Shown piece by piece: positions 51,021-63,978 of a DNA stretch of 64,000 nt. Source of the stretch: Squalus acanthias. Its lineage: Eukaryota. Within the stretch, counting starts at the first letter, position 1; the number at the start of each line of letters is the position of its first letter. The DNA lies in NCBI GenBank assembly GCA_030390025.1, contig CM059431.1:155622001-155686000 (forward strand), written 5' to 3'. The translations under genes and the position numbers were made by a program. The notes under the pieces were generated by a model. It was not told the DNA's origin, did no database searches, and worked only from the letters and a program-made list of their open reading frames with translations.

Positions 51021-53239
51021 TAAAACCTTCTCTGATAATTCACTAACCAAGCGTCTTAAAGTTAAGATAATTCCAGCTGCCGCATTTCTGCAGAGATTCG
51101 GTTTACTGCAGTTTCTGAAATTGGATATAAATGGCATCCTATACATGGAGCAATTAATCCAAATTTAATGATTGCAAGGAACAGCGCAAGGCACTTTGCA
51201 ATGAATAAGTAATTAAAACACCAATAGCAGCGCAAGCATAACGCGACCAAGCACGGTCCCAATGAAAATCTTGGAGTTAGATAAAACCTGTAATAAACAC
51301 ATATATCTAATCTCGGGGGAAGAAATAAACTGACATATTAAAACTAAACTCTTGGTCATGGCCGAGAGTTTCTGTACATTATTTATCGAAACAACGGTGC
51401 ATTCCCATTAAACTATACGACTGGTGCGAGTCACTGCCAGTGTACGAATTTCTAGAACTTTCTACTGAACATATCCAAGTCGTTGCTTCCATTTCTCTTC
51501 TTCCAAATTCACGGCATGACTGCTTCGCTCTGCCTTTCTAACACAATCTCTGCCACTGATATTACTTCTAATTTACAACCTTAAACAATCTGCATTAATC
51601 CAAGTATCACCAAGTTTCGCATAATTCTTACAGCAAAATTGATTTATCTGCAACCTTCTGCCTTGACTCCAAATCAGCTCAGGTGATGCTCCTTCTTTGG
51701 TCCAATGCTCAGGGGCATCAACAATACCGGCCTCTCATGTCAAGACTGCCATGACCCATTAAAAAAATCGCTGTCCCATCTGTGATATCTTTCAGTTACC
51801 TTTTCGAATTTTTCCAAGATTTAAGTAACTCGTATATTAATAAAATATTGTGAATTATGCTGGTTGTTTGAAGCCACCATTTGCCTGGTGATGTTGGAGT
51901 AATTTATGGTATGAAATCATTAATAGCTACGTGGTTTATATATGTCCAGGGCTGGGAGTTAAAATTAACTGTTTCAAAAACAATAGCGAATACATTATCC
52001 ACAATATTGCGAAGAGCTATTACTATTATATTCAATTGCAGCACAGGAACTCAGGACTCATATAAGGAATGATTAATAAATATAATCTATACGCTTGGGA
52101 TTATAGAATAATAATGAAACTCTTTATCAATTAGGAGCTGATTATCATGCCCCAAATGTTGGGACAGAGATTAAGGAAGAGATATATTGTAAAATTGGAG
52201 AAAATGTAACAATAAGTGTATCAGTGTGACGGGTGACTTCAAATATCTAAATTATAGACGTGATGTGCGGGTGCAAGATAGAGTGTGCTATCCACCACGT
52301 GTCCAGGACGTTGCGCAGATGGGTACGGTTTTAGGACAACACCGAAGGAATGAATATTGGAACAATTTCTGCAAACTGATAAGGGTAGTGGAACATCGAA
52401 GAAGCAATGATATCTTTAGAATTAAGATGACGTGTAAATCAAAGCAAAATACATTTTACAGGAATATAATCAATTTTATTAAAGCAAAAAATCACTAGCC
52501 CAGATATATTTAACGGAACTGATCAGATAAACCTGCCGGGAAGCAATAGGAAGGTGCCAAGTAGGAAATGATTGCCATAAATTTATAGGAATGACACAAT
52601 AATAAAAGGGTTGGCGCACATACTGGAATTGCTTGGAGGTGCATATAAAAGGAAATAAATAGGAGATTTTAAAATTGAATATAAGAATGTGGGATAGATT
52701 AGAAAAACAAATCCAAGAAGTGTAGAGGATATCGAGCAGAAGATAAAACGTTGACAGTTTAAGAGTTGAGCTAGTGCCAGGTGACAGAATTCGAGAAAAT
52801 GATCACATTTCATAAACACTCAAAAAGATAAATGCTCAAAGGACAGGGCTGTTCAGATATAATATAAAATGTTTCATATAGATTATGAAGAATTGACCGA
52901 TAAGCTTTTGCTAATGATTCGATGAGCGAAAATTGGAATGACCAAAATTCTCATTGCAGTCATTGACAAAGAAATGCGGACAAGTACAGAACAGACCGCC
53001 CATTCGATATCAGACGTACTCACGCTTCCGCCGGAATCCAATTTCACCCACATTGGATCCAAAATGTCATGTTGGTCAATTTGTGCAATTTGATTTTCTG
53101 AAAGCATTTGTGAGCTTTTTCAAAATGTTATTGATGCTAAGAACTAATAATGCTTGGTTTTGGTCGAATCATATTCCTGCAATCGGAGCTTTTTTTCCGT
53201 TTATTTGGGAATCTGCTCTTATTTCATATATCAGTTGAG

Positions 53240-53510
53240 ACAATCCTGTTTCCCTCGGTGACTCAACGCTCGACCTCTCTATCTGTGCAACCTCCTCCAG
53301 CTCGACAACCCCCGTAATCTCTGCGCTCAACAAATTCTGGCCTTTTACGCATCCCCGATTTTCTGCACGCCACCATTGACAGCCGTGCCTTTAGCTGCCT
53401 CGAACCAAATCTTTGAATTCACTCGTTAAACCTCTCCGGCTCTTTGCCATTTTCTCCTCCTTGCAGGCGCTCCTTAAAATTACCTCGTTGATGAATATTT
53501 TGGTCACCAG
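53240..53510 (+). mobile_element. L2-type 3' fragment
   Basis: Similar to the reverse complement of ~7850-8070. Confidence 0.55.
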
Positions 53511-53625
53511 ATTCTGAGCTTTTCTATTCATTCCTCTCATAAAGAGAGGTAGAAAGAAAACAGACATGTCTTAGCTGATTTAATAAATGACTTGGTTGAA
53601 TATGGTTTCAATATCTATTTTTTAG

Positions 53626-53824
53626 GAAATCAGAAGACTTGCTGAAAGTCAGCGCAGAAATGATGCTTCCCAACTCATTTTTGATACCGTGGTGGAAAAG
53701 GGAGCTCGGGCAAAAAGAACAATGTGGAACATATTTCGTGAACTGCAGAATACAAATCGCAACCTGAAAGCGACATTGTCAGAGATAAAGGACAGAGGTA
53801 CAGAGGTAGAAAATGATCTAGAAG
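53626..53824 (+). pseudogene. NLR CARD exon (second half), phase 0-1, frame open
   Basis: tttttag|GAAATC...GAAG|gtaggt; EIRRLAESQRRNDASQLIFDTVVEKGARAKRTMWNIFRELQNTNRNLKATLSEIKDR. Confidence 0.75.
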
Positions 53825-54858
53825 GTAGGTGGTGTCCAAATCTAATGGCAAAAGATGGTGTTTACTTTCAGAGTAACAACGTTCATTACTTATGTCGAGG
53901 AACTTATTTTAATTTAATGGCAGTGAGGATGAAATTCTAAATGGTGGGGACACCAAACAGGTGGAATCGCATTCAGCGACAGTAACAGAACACGCCCGAT
54001 ATTCAGCTCAATTCAAGTTTATCCCGGCGCAGCATATAATAGTTGTGGATGCGATACGGCCTGTATTATGTCTTCGCCGAAAAACGACCGGTATTTCATC
54101 TGCTGCCCGTTGAGCGTTCGGTCCGATATTCCCTTCCGTTGACTTCCGCCCTCCCACCACACCCCAACCCCCAGAGCCGGCAATCAGGGAAATCTCTCAA
54201 ATCAGGTAAACTGATGACATTTTCGTCTCCTCCACAGTAATTACTCACTTAAATTCCACAATATAAGTAATACTCAAACGGATTGGATTTTCCTGGGTTT
54301 TAACAGCGTATTGACTTCTAAACAATATTTATCGTCCTGAAAATATAATTTTAATTGTTTGAAGTGTTCATTTTAATAAATAATAATATTTTAAAGAACA
54401 TTTATTTTAAAACGTTTTTATCTTCATTTAAGGTTTGACTTTTCCCCATGTGAGAGCCCCAATGTTTGTTTTGTTTCCCTAACATTTTTTAAAATGTAGT
54501 AGTGTAAGAGCTTACTCACTTCCTTGCTGGCTCTCTGTGAGAATTCTACATTTTGATTGGTTGCTCAGATAGCCTGTTGAAGTCAAAGTAGCTTGCTCTA
54601 GGGGATCCACAAGAGACTCCGTTTATTTTAAATTACCCTTTGGAAAAGCTGAACTTCCGCACACAGATATTGCGAGACCTTTGAGTGAAGGTTAGTTTGG
54701 GGCTAACAGCAAATGTCTTTGCTTCGCTACTGGCCACAAATTCCGAACCATTCTGTATTTAATAGTGGTATATCTCAAGCCTTTCTACTTCCATCCCACT
54801 GCATTTTAAATCCAGGTGCATTCAATTATGAATCCGACCAGCTATTTTCATGTTTCAG

Positions 54859-54918
54859 ATATGGTATTGGAGATTATGTTATTATTTTAAATTGATATCA
54901 ACAACTATTTTCCCAATG
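54859..54918 (+). pseudogene. Possible 60-nt CARD-NACHT linker exon with an in-frame TAA
   Basis: tgtttcag|ATATGG...AATG|gtgtgt, phase 1-1; DMVLEIMLLF*IDINNYFPN (TAA at 54888-54890). Confidence 0.4.
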
Positions 54919-55435
54919 GTGTGTTCTTGTAATTGCGGTATTGCTATCTAGCAAATTTATTGTGAGTACCTTTAGATTCAGTGTTTCAATTTATCCGTTT
55001 CCTAGCCTAGTTTAGTTTTCCAAGAAAGAAGGAGAGAGCTTGCATTTATTTTTGCATTCTCTTAATCTCTGTAGATCATTTATTAGCTCTTTAGGAAAAC
55101 AAGTGAAAAACATGACTATCGCTAATTGCTCAACAGCGCATGCTGATTCCACGGCATTAACTTTGACCTGGAGCCTCAGATCACCGTCCGGAACCATTAT
55201 ATGATAATTGTCTGGAATTATGATTTCTTATGAATATTTGCAGTGTTTTTATCCAAGCTTTTGTGAGTTTTAGACTCGATTCTTCAAACGACCTTTAGGC
55301 ACAGCCCGTTATAAACTCCTGTTTGTCCAGAGATTCAATTCAAAAAAGGAACCCCAATCCACTTATCCGTAATCCCTTTCATCAATGTGAGAAGTCGCAC
55401 AATACCAGGTTATAGTCCAACAGTTTTATTTGAAA

Positions 55436-55472
55436 TCACAAGCTTTCGGAGCGCTGCTCCTTCGTCAGCTGA
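55436..55472 (-). ncRNA. Minimal hammerhead motif, inverted copy with a stem I mismatch
   Basis: Minus strand UCAG-CUGACGA-A-GGAGC-AGC-GCUCC-GAAA-GC-UU-GUGA. Confidence 0.65.
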
Positions 55473-58411
55473 AGTGAAGAGATGCATATAGGCACAGCAT
55501 ATATAGTCAGAGAACACTGCCAGATGATTTCAGAAAGCAGACAAGATCCCGAAAGGATTACAGATCAGGAACCCACTCAAGTAGACATACAACAGAGACT
55601 ACGCGGAGAGACTCTGCCGTTGTACCTCTCGCACACTCCTCAACCATCTCGTACACCAGCTCTACAGCAGACGCTGCAACCTCGAAACCAATATAGAGTC
55701 CATGTTCGCAGCCTGTGCTCAGGACACAGCAGACCAGCTACGAGACACCGCCAAACAGACGAGGCAACGGCCCTCGCTGCCAACATGCACACCAAGAACA
55801 GGAAGCTTCAGAAACTCGGCATCACCACCAGCAGCAACCAAGCCTCAGGCGGTACCACGGTTGAAATCACAGGGAAGTCCATCGTCAACTTGTTCGACCA
55901 CACCCTTCAACCAGACGAAATCGAAGTTCTCAGCCAAGGGCTCATTTGCTGCCACACCAACAAAATGGACCCCATCGGTCTCGCGGCAGACACAGAGGAA
56001 TTCATCAGGTGAATGAGGCTCCGGGAATTCTTCCACGAATCCCAAGATGTCAGCAGCGAACCCAATGAGACAAACAATGATTCAGAACAGCAGAAAAAGG
56101 GAACCACAGTGCAGCAACCGAAGAAAAAAGAGTCAAATTGGACCCCACCGGATGGTCGCTGACCTAAGCTTGACATGTATGCTCAAGCTGTCAGGAGATG
56201 CATCAACGCCAGATCCATCAGCCGCACTCAAAAGACAGTGCAGAATGTCACCCGAGCACAACGCAACGCCATCCACGCTCTCAAGATCAACCGCAACATC
56301 GTCATCAAACCAGCGGACAAAGGAGGAGCCATCGTCATACAGAACAGAATGGACTATTGCAAAGCAGCATAATGACAACTGGACAACCAAGAACACTACA
56401 TACAGTTACTGCAGATCCGACCAAAGAACACACCCGCCAACTCAATAGACTGATCAAGACCTTCGATCCAGACCTTCAAAGCATCCTACGCGCTTTCATC
56501 CCACGTACTCCTCACGTGGGAGAGTTTTACTGTCTCCCAAAGATACACAAAGCCAACAAACCCGGACGACCTATCGTATCAGGCAACGGAACCCTGTGTG
56601 AGAACCTCTCTGGATACGTCTAGGGCATTCTGAAACCCATCATACAGGGAACCCCCAGCTTCTGTCGCGACACTGCAGTCTTCTTACAGAAACTCAGCAT
56701 CCAGGGACCAGTTGAACTAGGAACACTCCTCGCCACGACGGACGTCTCGGCACTCTACACCAGTATCCCCCACGATGACGGCATCGCTGTGACAGCCTCA
56801 GTGCTCAACACCAACAACAGCCAATCTCCAGACGCCATCCTACAACTCATCCGCTTCATCCTTGATCACAATGTCTTCCCCTTTGACAGCCAGTGTTTTA
56901 CCCAAACACATGGAACAGCCACGGGGACCAAATTCGCACCCCAATACGCGAACATCTTCATGCACAAGTTCCAGCAAGATTTATTCGCTGCACAGGACCT
57001 ACAACCAACGCTATACACCAGATACATCGACGACATTTCCTTCCTATGGACCCACGGCGAAGAATCACTGAAAAGACTACAGGATAACATCAACAAGTTC
57101 CATCCCAACATCAAACTCACCATGGACTACTCCTCAGAATCGGTTTATTTCTTGGACACACGAATCTCCATCAAAGATGTACACCTCAGCACTTCACTCT
57201 ACCGCAAGCCCACGGACAACCTCACGATGTTCCACTTCTCCAGCTTCCACCCTAACCATGTTAAAGAAGCCATCCCCTATGGACAAGTCCTGCGAATACA
57301 CAGGATCTGCTCAGATGAGGACGAAAGTGATGGACACATACAGACGCTGAAAGACGCCCTCGTAATACTGGGATATGACGCTCGACTCGTCGATCGACAG
57401 TTCCAACGGACCATAGCGAAAAATCGGATGGACCTCCTCACAAGAGAAACACGGGACACAACCAAAAGAGTACCCTACGTCGTCCAGTACTTCCCCAGAG
57501 GGGAGAAACTACGCCATGTTCTTCGCAGCTTTCAACATGTCATCGATGACGAAGAACACCTCGCTAAGGCCATCCCCACGCCACCACTGCTCACCTTCAA
57601 ACAGCCGCCTAACCTCAAACAGTTCATCGTTCGTAGCAAATTAACCAGCTTTCAGAAGAACAGCTACCACAACACCACACAACCCAGCCGCGGCAACCTC
57701 TGCAAGACATGCCAGATCATCAACACAGATACCATCATCACACGTGAGGACACCAGCACCAGGTAAATGGTACATACTCATGTGACTCAGCCAACGTTGT
57801 CTATCTCATAAGTTGCAGGAAAGGATGCCCCGGAGCATGGTACATCAGCGAGACCATGCAGACACTGCGACAACGTATGAACGGACACCGTGCAGCAAAC
57901 GCCAGGCAGGAGTGTTAGCTCCCAGTCGGGGAACACTTCAGCAGTCAAGGACATTCAGCCTCGGATCTCCGGATTAGCGTTCTCCAAGGCGGCATTCGAA
58001 ACACACGACAACGCATAATCATCCAGCAGGAACTGATAGCCAAGTTTCACACACATGAGGACGGCCTCAACTCGGATCTTAGGTTCATGTCACACTACAT
58101 GTAACCCCACCTGACGTAGAGTCGTCCAGACTGGAGTCGTCGTTGGCTTGATCTCTCTACACAGATGCGGCTGGACCTGCTGTGATTTGCAGCAAAAAAA
58201 GGTTTTTGTTTTCCATACAGACCCCAGCATCTGCCACTTTGTCTTTGATGTAAGGTTTTCCTGATTGATGGGTTTGGACACCATCCACACCTTTGATTGC
58301 CGAGATTATCTCTCTGCCGAGGTGTGATAAAGGGCAGTTGGAAAGATTAACTGTAATCATCTGGCAGTGTTCTCTGACTATATATGCTGTGTCTATATGC
58401 ATCTCTTCACT

Positions 58412-58448
58412 TCACCTGACGAAGGAGCAGCGCTCCGAAAGCTTGTGA
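58412..58448 (+). ncRNA. Minimal type I hammerhead ribozyme motif
   Basis: UCAC-CUGACGA-A-GGAGC-AGC-GCUCC-GAAA-GC-UU-GUGA: stem I UCAC/GUGA, 5-bp stem II, palindromic AAGCUU stem III. Confidence 0.8.
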
Positions 58449-58851
58449 TTTCAAATAAAGCTGTTGGACTATAACCTGGTGTTTTGCGACTTCTCACATG
58501 TGTCCACCCCAGTCCAACACCGGCATCTCCACATCATGGCCATTCATCAATGACCTACATTCACTAGTTATCCCAAATCATTTGCGAAATCCTCCTACTC
58601 TACGGCCTTGACCACCTTAAATGTACAGTCTTCTTCACATCCGAACTATTTCATTCCTGTCTGTCCTCTCCCCTTGCTGTGAGCCCCAGATTATTGGTTT
58701 CTCTGATCTTTACAAATCGTCATTGCCATGGCTGGAACTCGGTTTGCCGTGGGCCTCCGCTCTCTGCTTCTAAACTTAGTTTGAACAGCCTCCACAGTGC
58801 CAATACATCGAATTTATTTTATCGCTCTTAATTTCATTCATCAAAAACATC

Positions 58852-59130
58852 GGCTCGTAATTTCCGATAGGAAGCTTCCTGCGTGCGTATGCCTCCTATC
58901 GGGAAAAAATCAACGCCCTTACCCGAGGGTTCCCGAGCTGCGGCCATTTCCGATCCTGGGCCTGTGCACAGTCGAAATGCGCAGGGCTCCCGTATCCCAG
59001 GGGAGCATGCGGTTCGCAAGCGCCCCTGGGATCACGTGGGCCAGGCGAGCCGTTAGGAGAAGGGAATCTCCCTTCCAACTTTTGACAGATGGACCTGTCA
59101 AACGTATTATTGGAGATCACCCCAAAAGCA
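58852..59130 (-). mobile_element. MITE copy 5, partial
   Basis: ggatcacgtgggcca motif and tttgacag...ctgtcaaa hairpin. Confidence 0.65.
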
Positions 59131-60204
59131 CATCGCGTACACGCCAGTAGGCACCAGAAAGAACGGGACATAGACTTTCGTTCCATGTGTGTAACGTTTA
59201 GTCGAATATCTTCTTTAGCGCCCGCCCTTCAATTTCTTGGTTCTCTGCTTAGCCTTTGAAAAAAAGTCTTATTAATGATACAAGTTCTTTCTTGAATGCT
59301 TTCTCGGATCTCCAATGCAACCCCCAATTTTTCATAAACTCCGGTGACTTTAAAATTGTGTACCGGGAGCCTTCTCTTATATAAGCAAGTCATGTTATTT
59401 AATTTCTTATAAACACCGAGCTGAACTGTTTTTTTGTTACTAGCAGATTTAAGATTAAGGACCTTAAACATCTTGTGATGGCCCATTCATGGATTGCTTC
59501 CATTTTCTCTGGGCAGATTTCTTTGTCCGGACTCGTTACCTCTGTTTCTGTCCCTCGTTATTACTGCAATGGTGTATCTCCACTATTAAAGGGAGCCCTT
59601 CTATTACAACGCACTTGCTCTTTGGACCGTTCATTGTTAATTATTTTGTAACGAAACCTGTCCCCTTTCTTTCACAACGCCTCTCAAAACCTCCTGCTTT
59701 GATATTTTATAAATGGGTTGATATTTGGAGCTGAAGCTCCAAGGGCAGAATAACTTCTATCTGCAGATGCAAAGAATACCGGCGGTGACTTCTGTTCTGA
59801 TTCTAACTTAATATTGAGATATATAGATCGATATCACGTAATTCTTTCTAAGTTACAACGGAAATTGCAAATATTTATCTTGGCGTCATGAATGTCCTTT
59901 GTAATTTTTAAAACTTTACTACAGGAAGCTAGTGAACTCTACGTATATGGACCAGAGTCCTTAATATGGCTTCATAAAATTCCCTGATATTTCTGAAAAG
60001 TGTGATCTGTAAGGCTACTGTATTTTTCTTATCGTGTCTGTGCACCAATGTGTAAAATAATTGAAAGTTGCCTCATTACTCACAACTTTAAAGGAGTACT
60101 GTTTCTTGAATGTAAGATTTCCTTCATTGCATTGACCGATGAAATATTTTCTCCTGAGTCAGAATTGCTAAGCTTATAAGAATGTTTATTGTTCCATATT
60201 CAAG

Positions 60205-61927
60205 AGATAGAACTTCAGCACAAAGACTTTCTCCGAAAACAGAATAAGAAGCTGAGAGTCACAATGACTGGAGGAAAAGAGATGCCTAGGTCATGTTCGC
60301 TTGATGAGAGTTAAACTGGCGTAAGGATTGTTGCTTCTATTCGTGGGCGGGGATTGGTAGAAAATGAACTGAAGGCCCGAGGGAGAGAGGGCGAAGAGAT
60401 ACAGAGAGAAAATGTCATGATTGAACATGAGGTTCAAATCGATCAATTATTGAGAAGCACTTTCGCTGAAACAGACAGGTCTGGAACAACTGTGGTAATT
60501 GGGGCCGCAGGGATTGGGAAAAGTGCCATGATACAGAAGATAATCCATGACTGGGCCACAGGAAAAATATACCAGCAGTTTAAATTTGTCTTTCATTTTA
60601 AGTTTCCACAATTAAATTTAACAAAATTCAGAACAAATCTATCTGCTTTGATTCTGGATTCCTACCCTTACTTTGACAATGCTTCAGAACATCTGTGGGA
60701 AGAACCCGGAAACATATTGTTTATATTTGATGATTTGGACCAATTTGAGCAAACCATAGATTTCGCCGATGTTGAGAGAAACAACGACTCCCAAAATCAG
60801 TGTTTCCATCCCGAGTGCTGGTGTTCAGTATCAGACATCGTGCGTTGCCTCATACAGGGAGAGTTACTGAAAGGCTGCTCCGTACTGATCACCAGCCGTC
60901 CTTGGAAACTGCTGTTTCTGGGAAAGGCAAACATAATTTCAAATTTCGAAATCCTGGGTTTCACCTCTGAGAAAGTAACACGATATTTTCGACATTATTT
61001 TGGAGATGAGCAGTTTGCGACAGATGTAATCGAGTATATTGAGCAGAATGAGGAATTGTACACCATGTGCTATAACCCTCTGTACTGCTCGGTCCTCGCT
61101 TCGTTATTAGAGTCACAGCGGTCACAAGGAGCGGGGGAGAGACCTTGGTTCGTCATAACCAGCACACGGGTGTTCTCCGCTTACGTCACAAACATCTTAG
61201 AGGGATGCGGATGTGACGCGAAAACCTCTCGCGACATGTTGCTGAAACTGGGTGAGCTAGCCTACAAGGGTGTTTGCAACAAAACCGTTGTGTTTAAGAA
61301 AGAACAAATCATTCACCACAGACTCGAACTTTCCAATGTTATCTCTGCGTTTATGATGGAAATTCGAGGCAAAGATCTGTGTAGTGTTGACTACACATTC
61401 ACTCACTCCGTTATGCAGGACTTTGTCGCTGCACTTATGAAATGTCTAATTACACCAGGAAATGAACTGAAACGATTACTCAAAGAATGGCACGCGTGCA
61501 GTGACGACACATTTAAGACATTTTCACGGTTTCTTGTTGTTCTCTCCTCAAGGAATTTAACTGATCAGCTTGAGCGGAAATTGAGGGAATTTTGTTTGGA
61601 AGCAACCGCGTGTGTGGCGGATTGGCTTACAGAAAAAATCAAAATATGCGCTCAGAAATGGGCAGATGGGCAAATCCAAAGGACATTCTTAAAGATATTG
61701 TATTATTTTCTTGAATTTGGAGACACAAAATTAACGAAGGCCGCTTTAACACCAATAAATACAATTTAAATCACGAACTGTCCACTTAACCCTTCTGATT
61801 GTGCGGTTCTGTCAAAGGCATTAATGACCGTTGAACTGATAGAAGAGCTAAATCTCAGTACATGTGGGATACAAGATGAAGGCATTCATCAGCTGGAGCA
61901 CGTTCTGCACAAATGTAAAATACTCAG
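60205..61927 (+). pseudogene. NLR NACHT exon (FISNA-like lead-in, NTPase, helical domains, first LRR) with two premature stops
   Basis: Walker A GAAGIGKS, Walker B ILFIFDDLDQ, VLITSRP, EILGF, CYNPLYC, YTFTHSVMQDFVAA. In-frame TAA at 60312-60314 and 61767-61769, with NLR-like sequence on both sides. Donor ag|gtaatt. Confidence 0.92.
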
Positions 61928-62282
61928 GTAATTCACCGAAATCGTTAAATAACATTATAAACAAATGATTTACTGGCATGTGGGATAATGTTAGTGAACT
62001 GCCTAAACAAGTGCTCATTTTGATCAATTAATGAGCATTTTCTCTCATTCCACTCTCTGTTGTGCTACATAGAATGGTAAGAGACAATATAGATTTGTCT
62101 GTTCGGGTAAACTTTCGGGTAAACTGTTTCGTGGAGAAGATTTGATTAGATCAGATTGGGTGTTGGCAACATCATACCCGAAATTTGCGCACTTTTTGCA
62201 CCGCGTGGGTCCCTGGATTAATCATTGATATATCCCCTCAGTCTCCATACATTAGCTCTCTGTTGGGATATAACACGATTTC

Positions 62283-62550
62283 ACAGAATCATAGAATCTT
62301 ACAGCCCAGAAGGAGTCCGTCCAGCCCATCCTGCCTGTTCTGGTTTATCGAATGAGCTAGCAAATTAGTCCCACTCTCCTGCTCTTTCTCCATTGCCCTG
62401 CAACTTTATCTCCTTCAAGTATGTATCCAATTGCCTTTTGAAAGTTACTATTGAATGTGCTTCCAAAAGCCTTTCAGATTCCTCATCTCACATCTGCCTT
62501 TTTTGCTAATTAGTTTCCGTTTGTGCCCTTTGTTTACCGAGACATTTACA
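62283..62550 (-). mobile_element. Old CR1 3' end fragment
   Basis: acagaatcatagaatc tail and degenerate 3'UTR/ORF2 end. Confidence 0.6.
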
Positions 62551-63330
62551 ACTGGAACATGGACAGTAAGAACATATTTCGATTTTTTTTCAACTGTAAA
62601 CTCAGTTCCATTAAATTACAAGCGAGTTATAGCAGTACTGTTAGAAAGTTACCAATTCCTCGATCAGATCGGATTTGCGGACCCAATAAAGTTGTTGTTG
62701 AGCACAATGATGCCAACTGAGCCCGTTAGATGTGGGTTCATATCTGCGATTCCTCAACTTCTGAGTGCTCTTTCTAGCGGCACTGCTGTCCCAAGGCATC
62801 ATCAGAATTCGGGAGAGATAAAAATGAGAGGAAATATCACTCCACCTGCTCTTATGCATATTCGAGCGATCTGTTACAGTCCCCAACAGTGGGTTCTCCA
62901 ATAGACTTGGGAATGAGGTCAGTGCATTTTGAACGTCAGTGGATCAATTAGATAAGTTTCCTAAAATAGAGACAAGGTCGGAGGGACAGTCCGTAATTTT
63001 ACCCATAATTTTTATTTTAATGAAGAGAATTGTCCTGTGAAAGACATTTTGTCGGGGATTCCTCGTCGTTACAGACCACGAGTTGACAGCATGTAAACTG
63101 TAAACTACTCAGTGCCTACTTTACATGTAACCGTTTTAGAATGCATGGTTAAAAATTGACCACGGGCATTAGAGTAACTTCCTTGTTAAGCAACCAAACT
63201 GTCTGATAGCCAATGATTTCACCACGTGTGCTGTATGAAATTAACTGAATACAAATCATGGAATTGAATTTTAATTACGTGAATTATATTCGAGTCCTGG
63301 ATGTCCAACTTCTTCCATATTAAATATATT

Positions 63331-63845
63331 GGGCCGTAGTTTCCGAATTGGAAGCTTCCCGCATGATGAGGCCTCCGATCTGGAAAAACATCTACGCACT
63401 TACCTGAAGGCTCCGGGGTGCGTATATTTCCGATGCTGGACCTCTCCAACTCCAACTACGCAGGGCCCACGTATCCTCGAGGCGCATGAGGAGCGCAAGC
63501 GTCCCAGGGATCACGTGGGCCATGGGGAGCCAATAGAAGAAGGAAATATCGCTACCTACATTTCACAGATAGACATGTCAACAAAATGAATGGAGATCAC
63601 ACCAAAAACACTGTAAAATTTAAAAAATAAAATAAAATCACCTATTTAAAATTAGTTGAAATTAAAATAAATTAAACATTTTAAAGAAATGTTTACTTTT
63701 TTGAACAAAATAATTAAAGTTTTTAGCAGGGCTAAATATAAACTTACCTTTTATTTAAGTATTTTTAAATGATGAATGAGTTCAAAAAAATGTCATAAGT
63801 TTTTCAACTCTTATCCTGGTAAAAGCAAGCCTTAAGCCTGCTTTA
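63331..63845 (-). mobile_element. MITE copy 6, partial, just upstream of the LRR exon
   Basis: Starts gggccgtagtttccg; contains ggatcacgtgggccatggggagccaat and the AT-rich core with aacttacct. Confidence 0.7.
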
Positions 63846-63891
63846 TTGCTTTATTGCATATTCATTAATGATTTTTTTTATGTGTTTTTAG

Positions 63892-63978
63892 ACTCAATGA
63901 GAATAAACTGGGAGATTCGGGAGTGAAACGGCTCTCTGCAGTTCTAAAGAAAAATGATTGTAAAATACAGAGACTGGA
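63892..63978 (+). pseudogene. NLR leucine-rich-repeat exon (87 nt, ribonuclease-inhibitor type)
   Basis: ttttag|ACTCAAT...CTGGA|gtgagt; LNENKLGDSGVKRLSAVLKKNDCKIQRL; phase 2-2. Confidence 0.9.

Larger units (their letters stand above)
55388..58542 (+). mobile_element. Penelope-like retroelement with inverted terminal repeats, decayed
   Basis: IVIKPADKGGA, YCLPKIHK, GTKFAPQYAN and YIDD (RT); CKTC and NVVYLISCRKGCPGAWYISET (GIY-YIG). ~140-bp inverted repeats at 55388-55529 and 58355-58497. TTCATCAATG on both flanks. Confidence 0.95.

Noticed and set aside
51900..52860. Very degraded CR1 endonuclease-like remnants (QGWEL, VTGDF)
   Set aside because: Too decayed to delimit by eye.
59200..59740. 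Possible ancient GIY-YIG remnant on the minus strand (LEIRESI)
   Set aside because: Single weak motif; the core GIY and YIG motifs are not recognisable.
60354..61769. 471-aa ORF as an intact single-exon protein
   Set aside because: It starts at TTG and is bounded by two premature stops inside a larger exon with NLR sequence on both sides.
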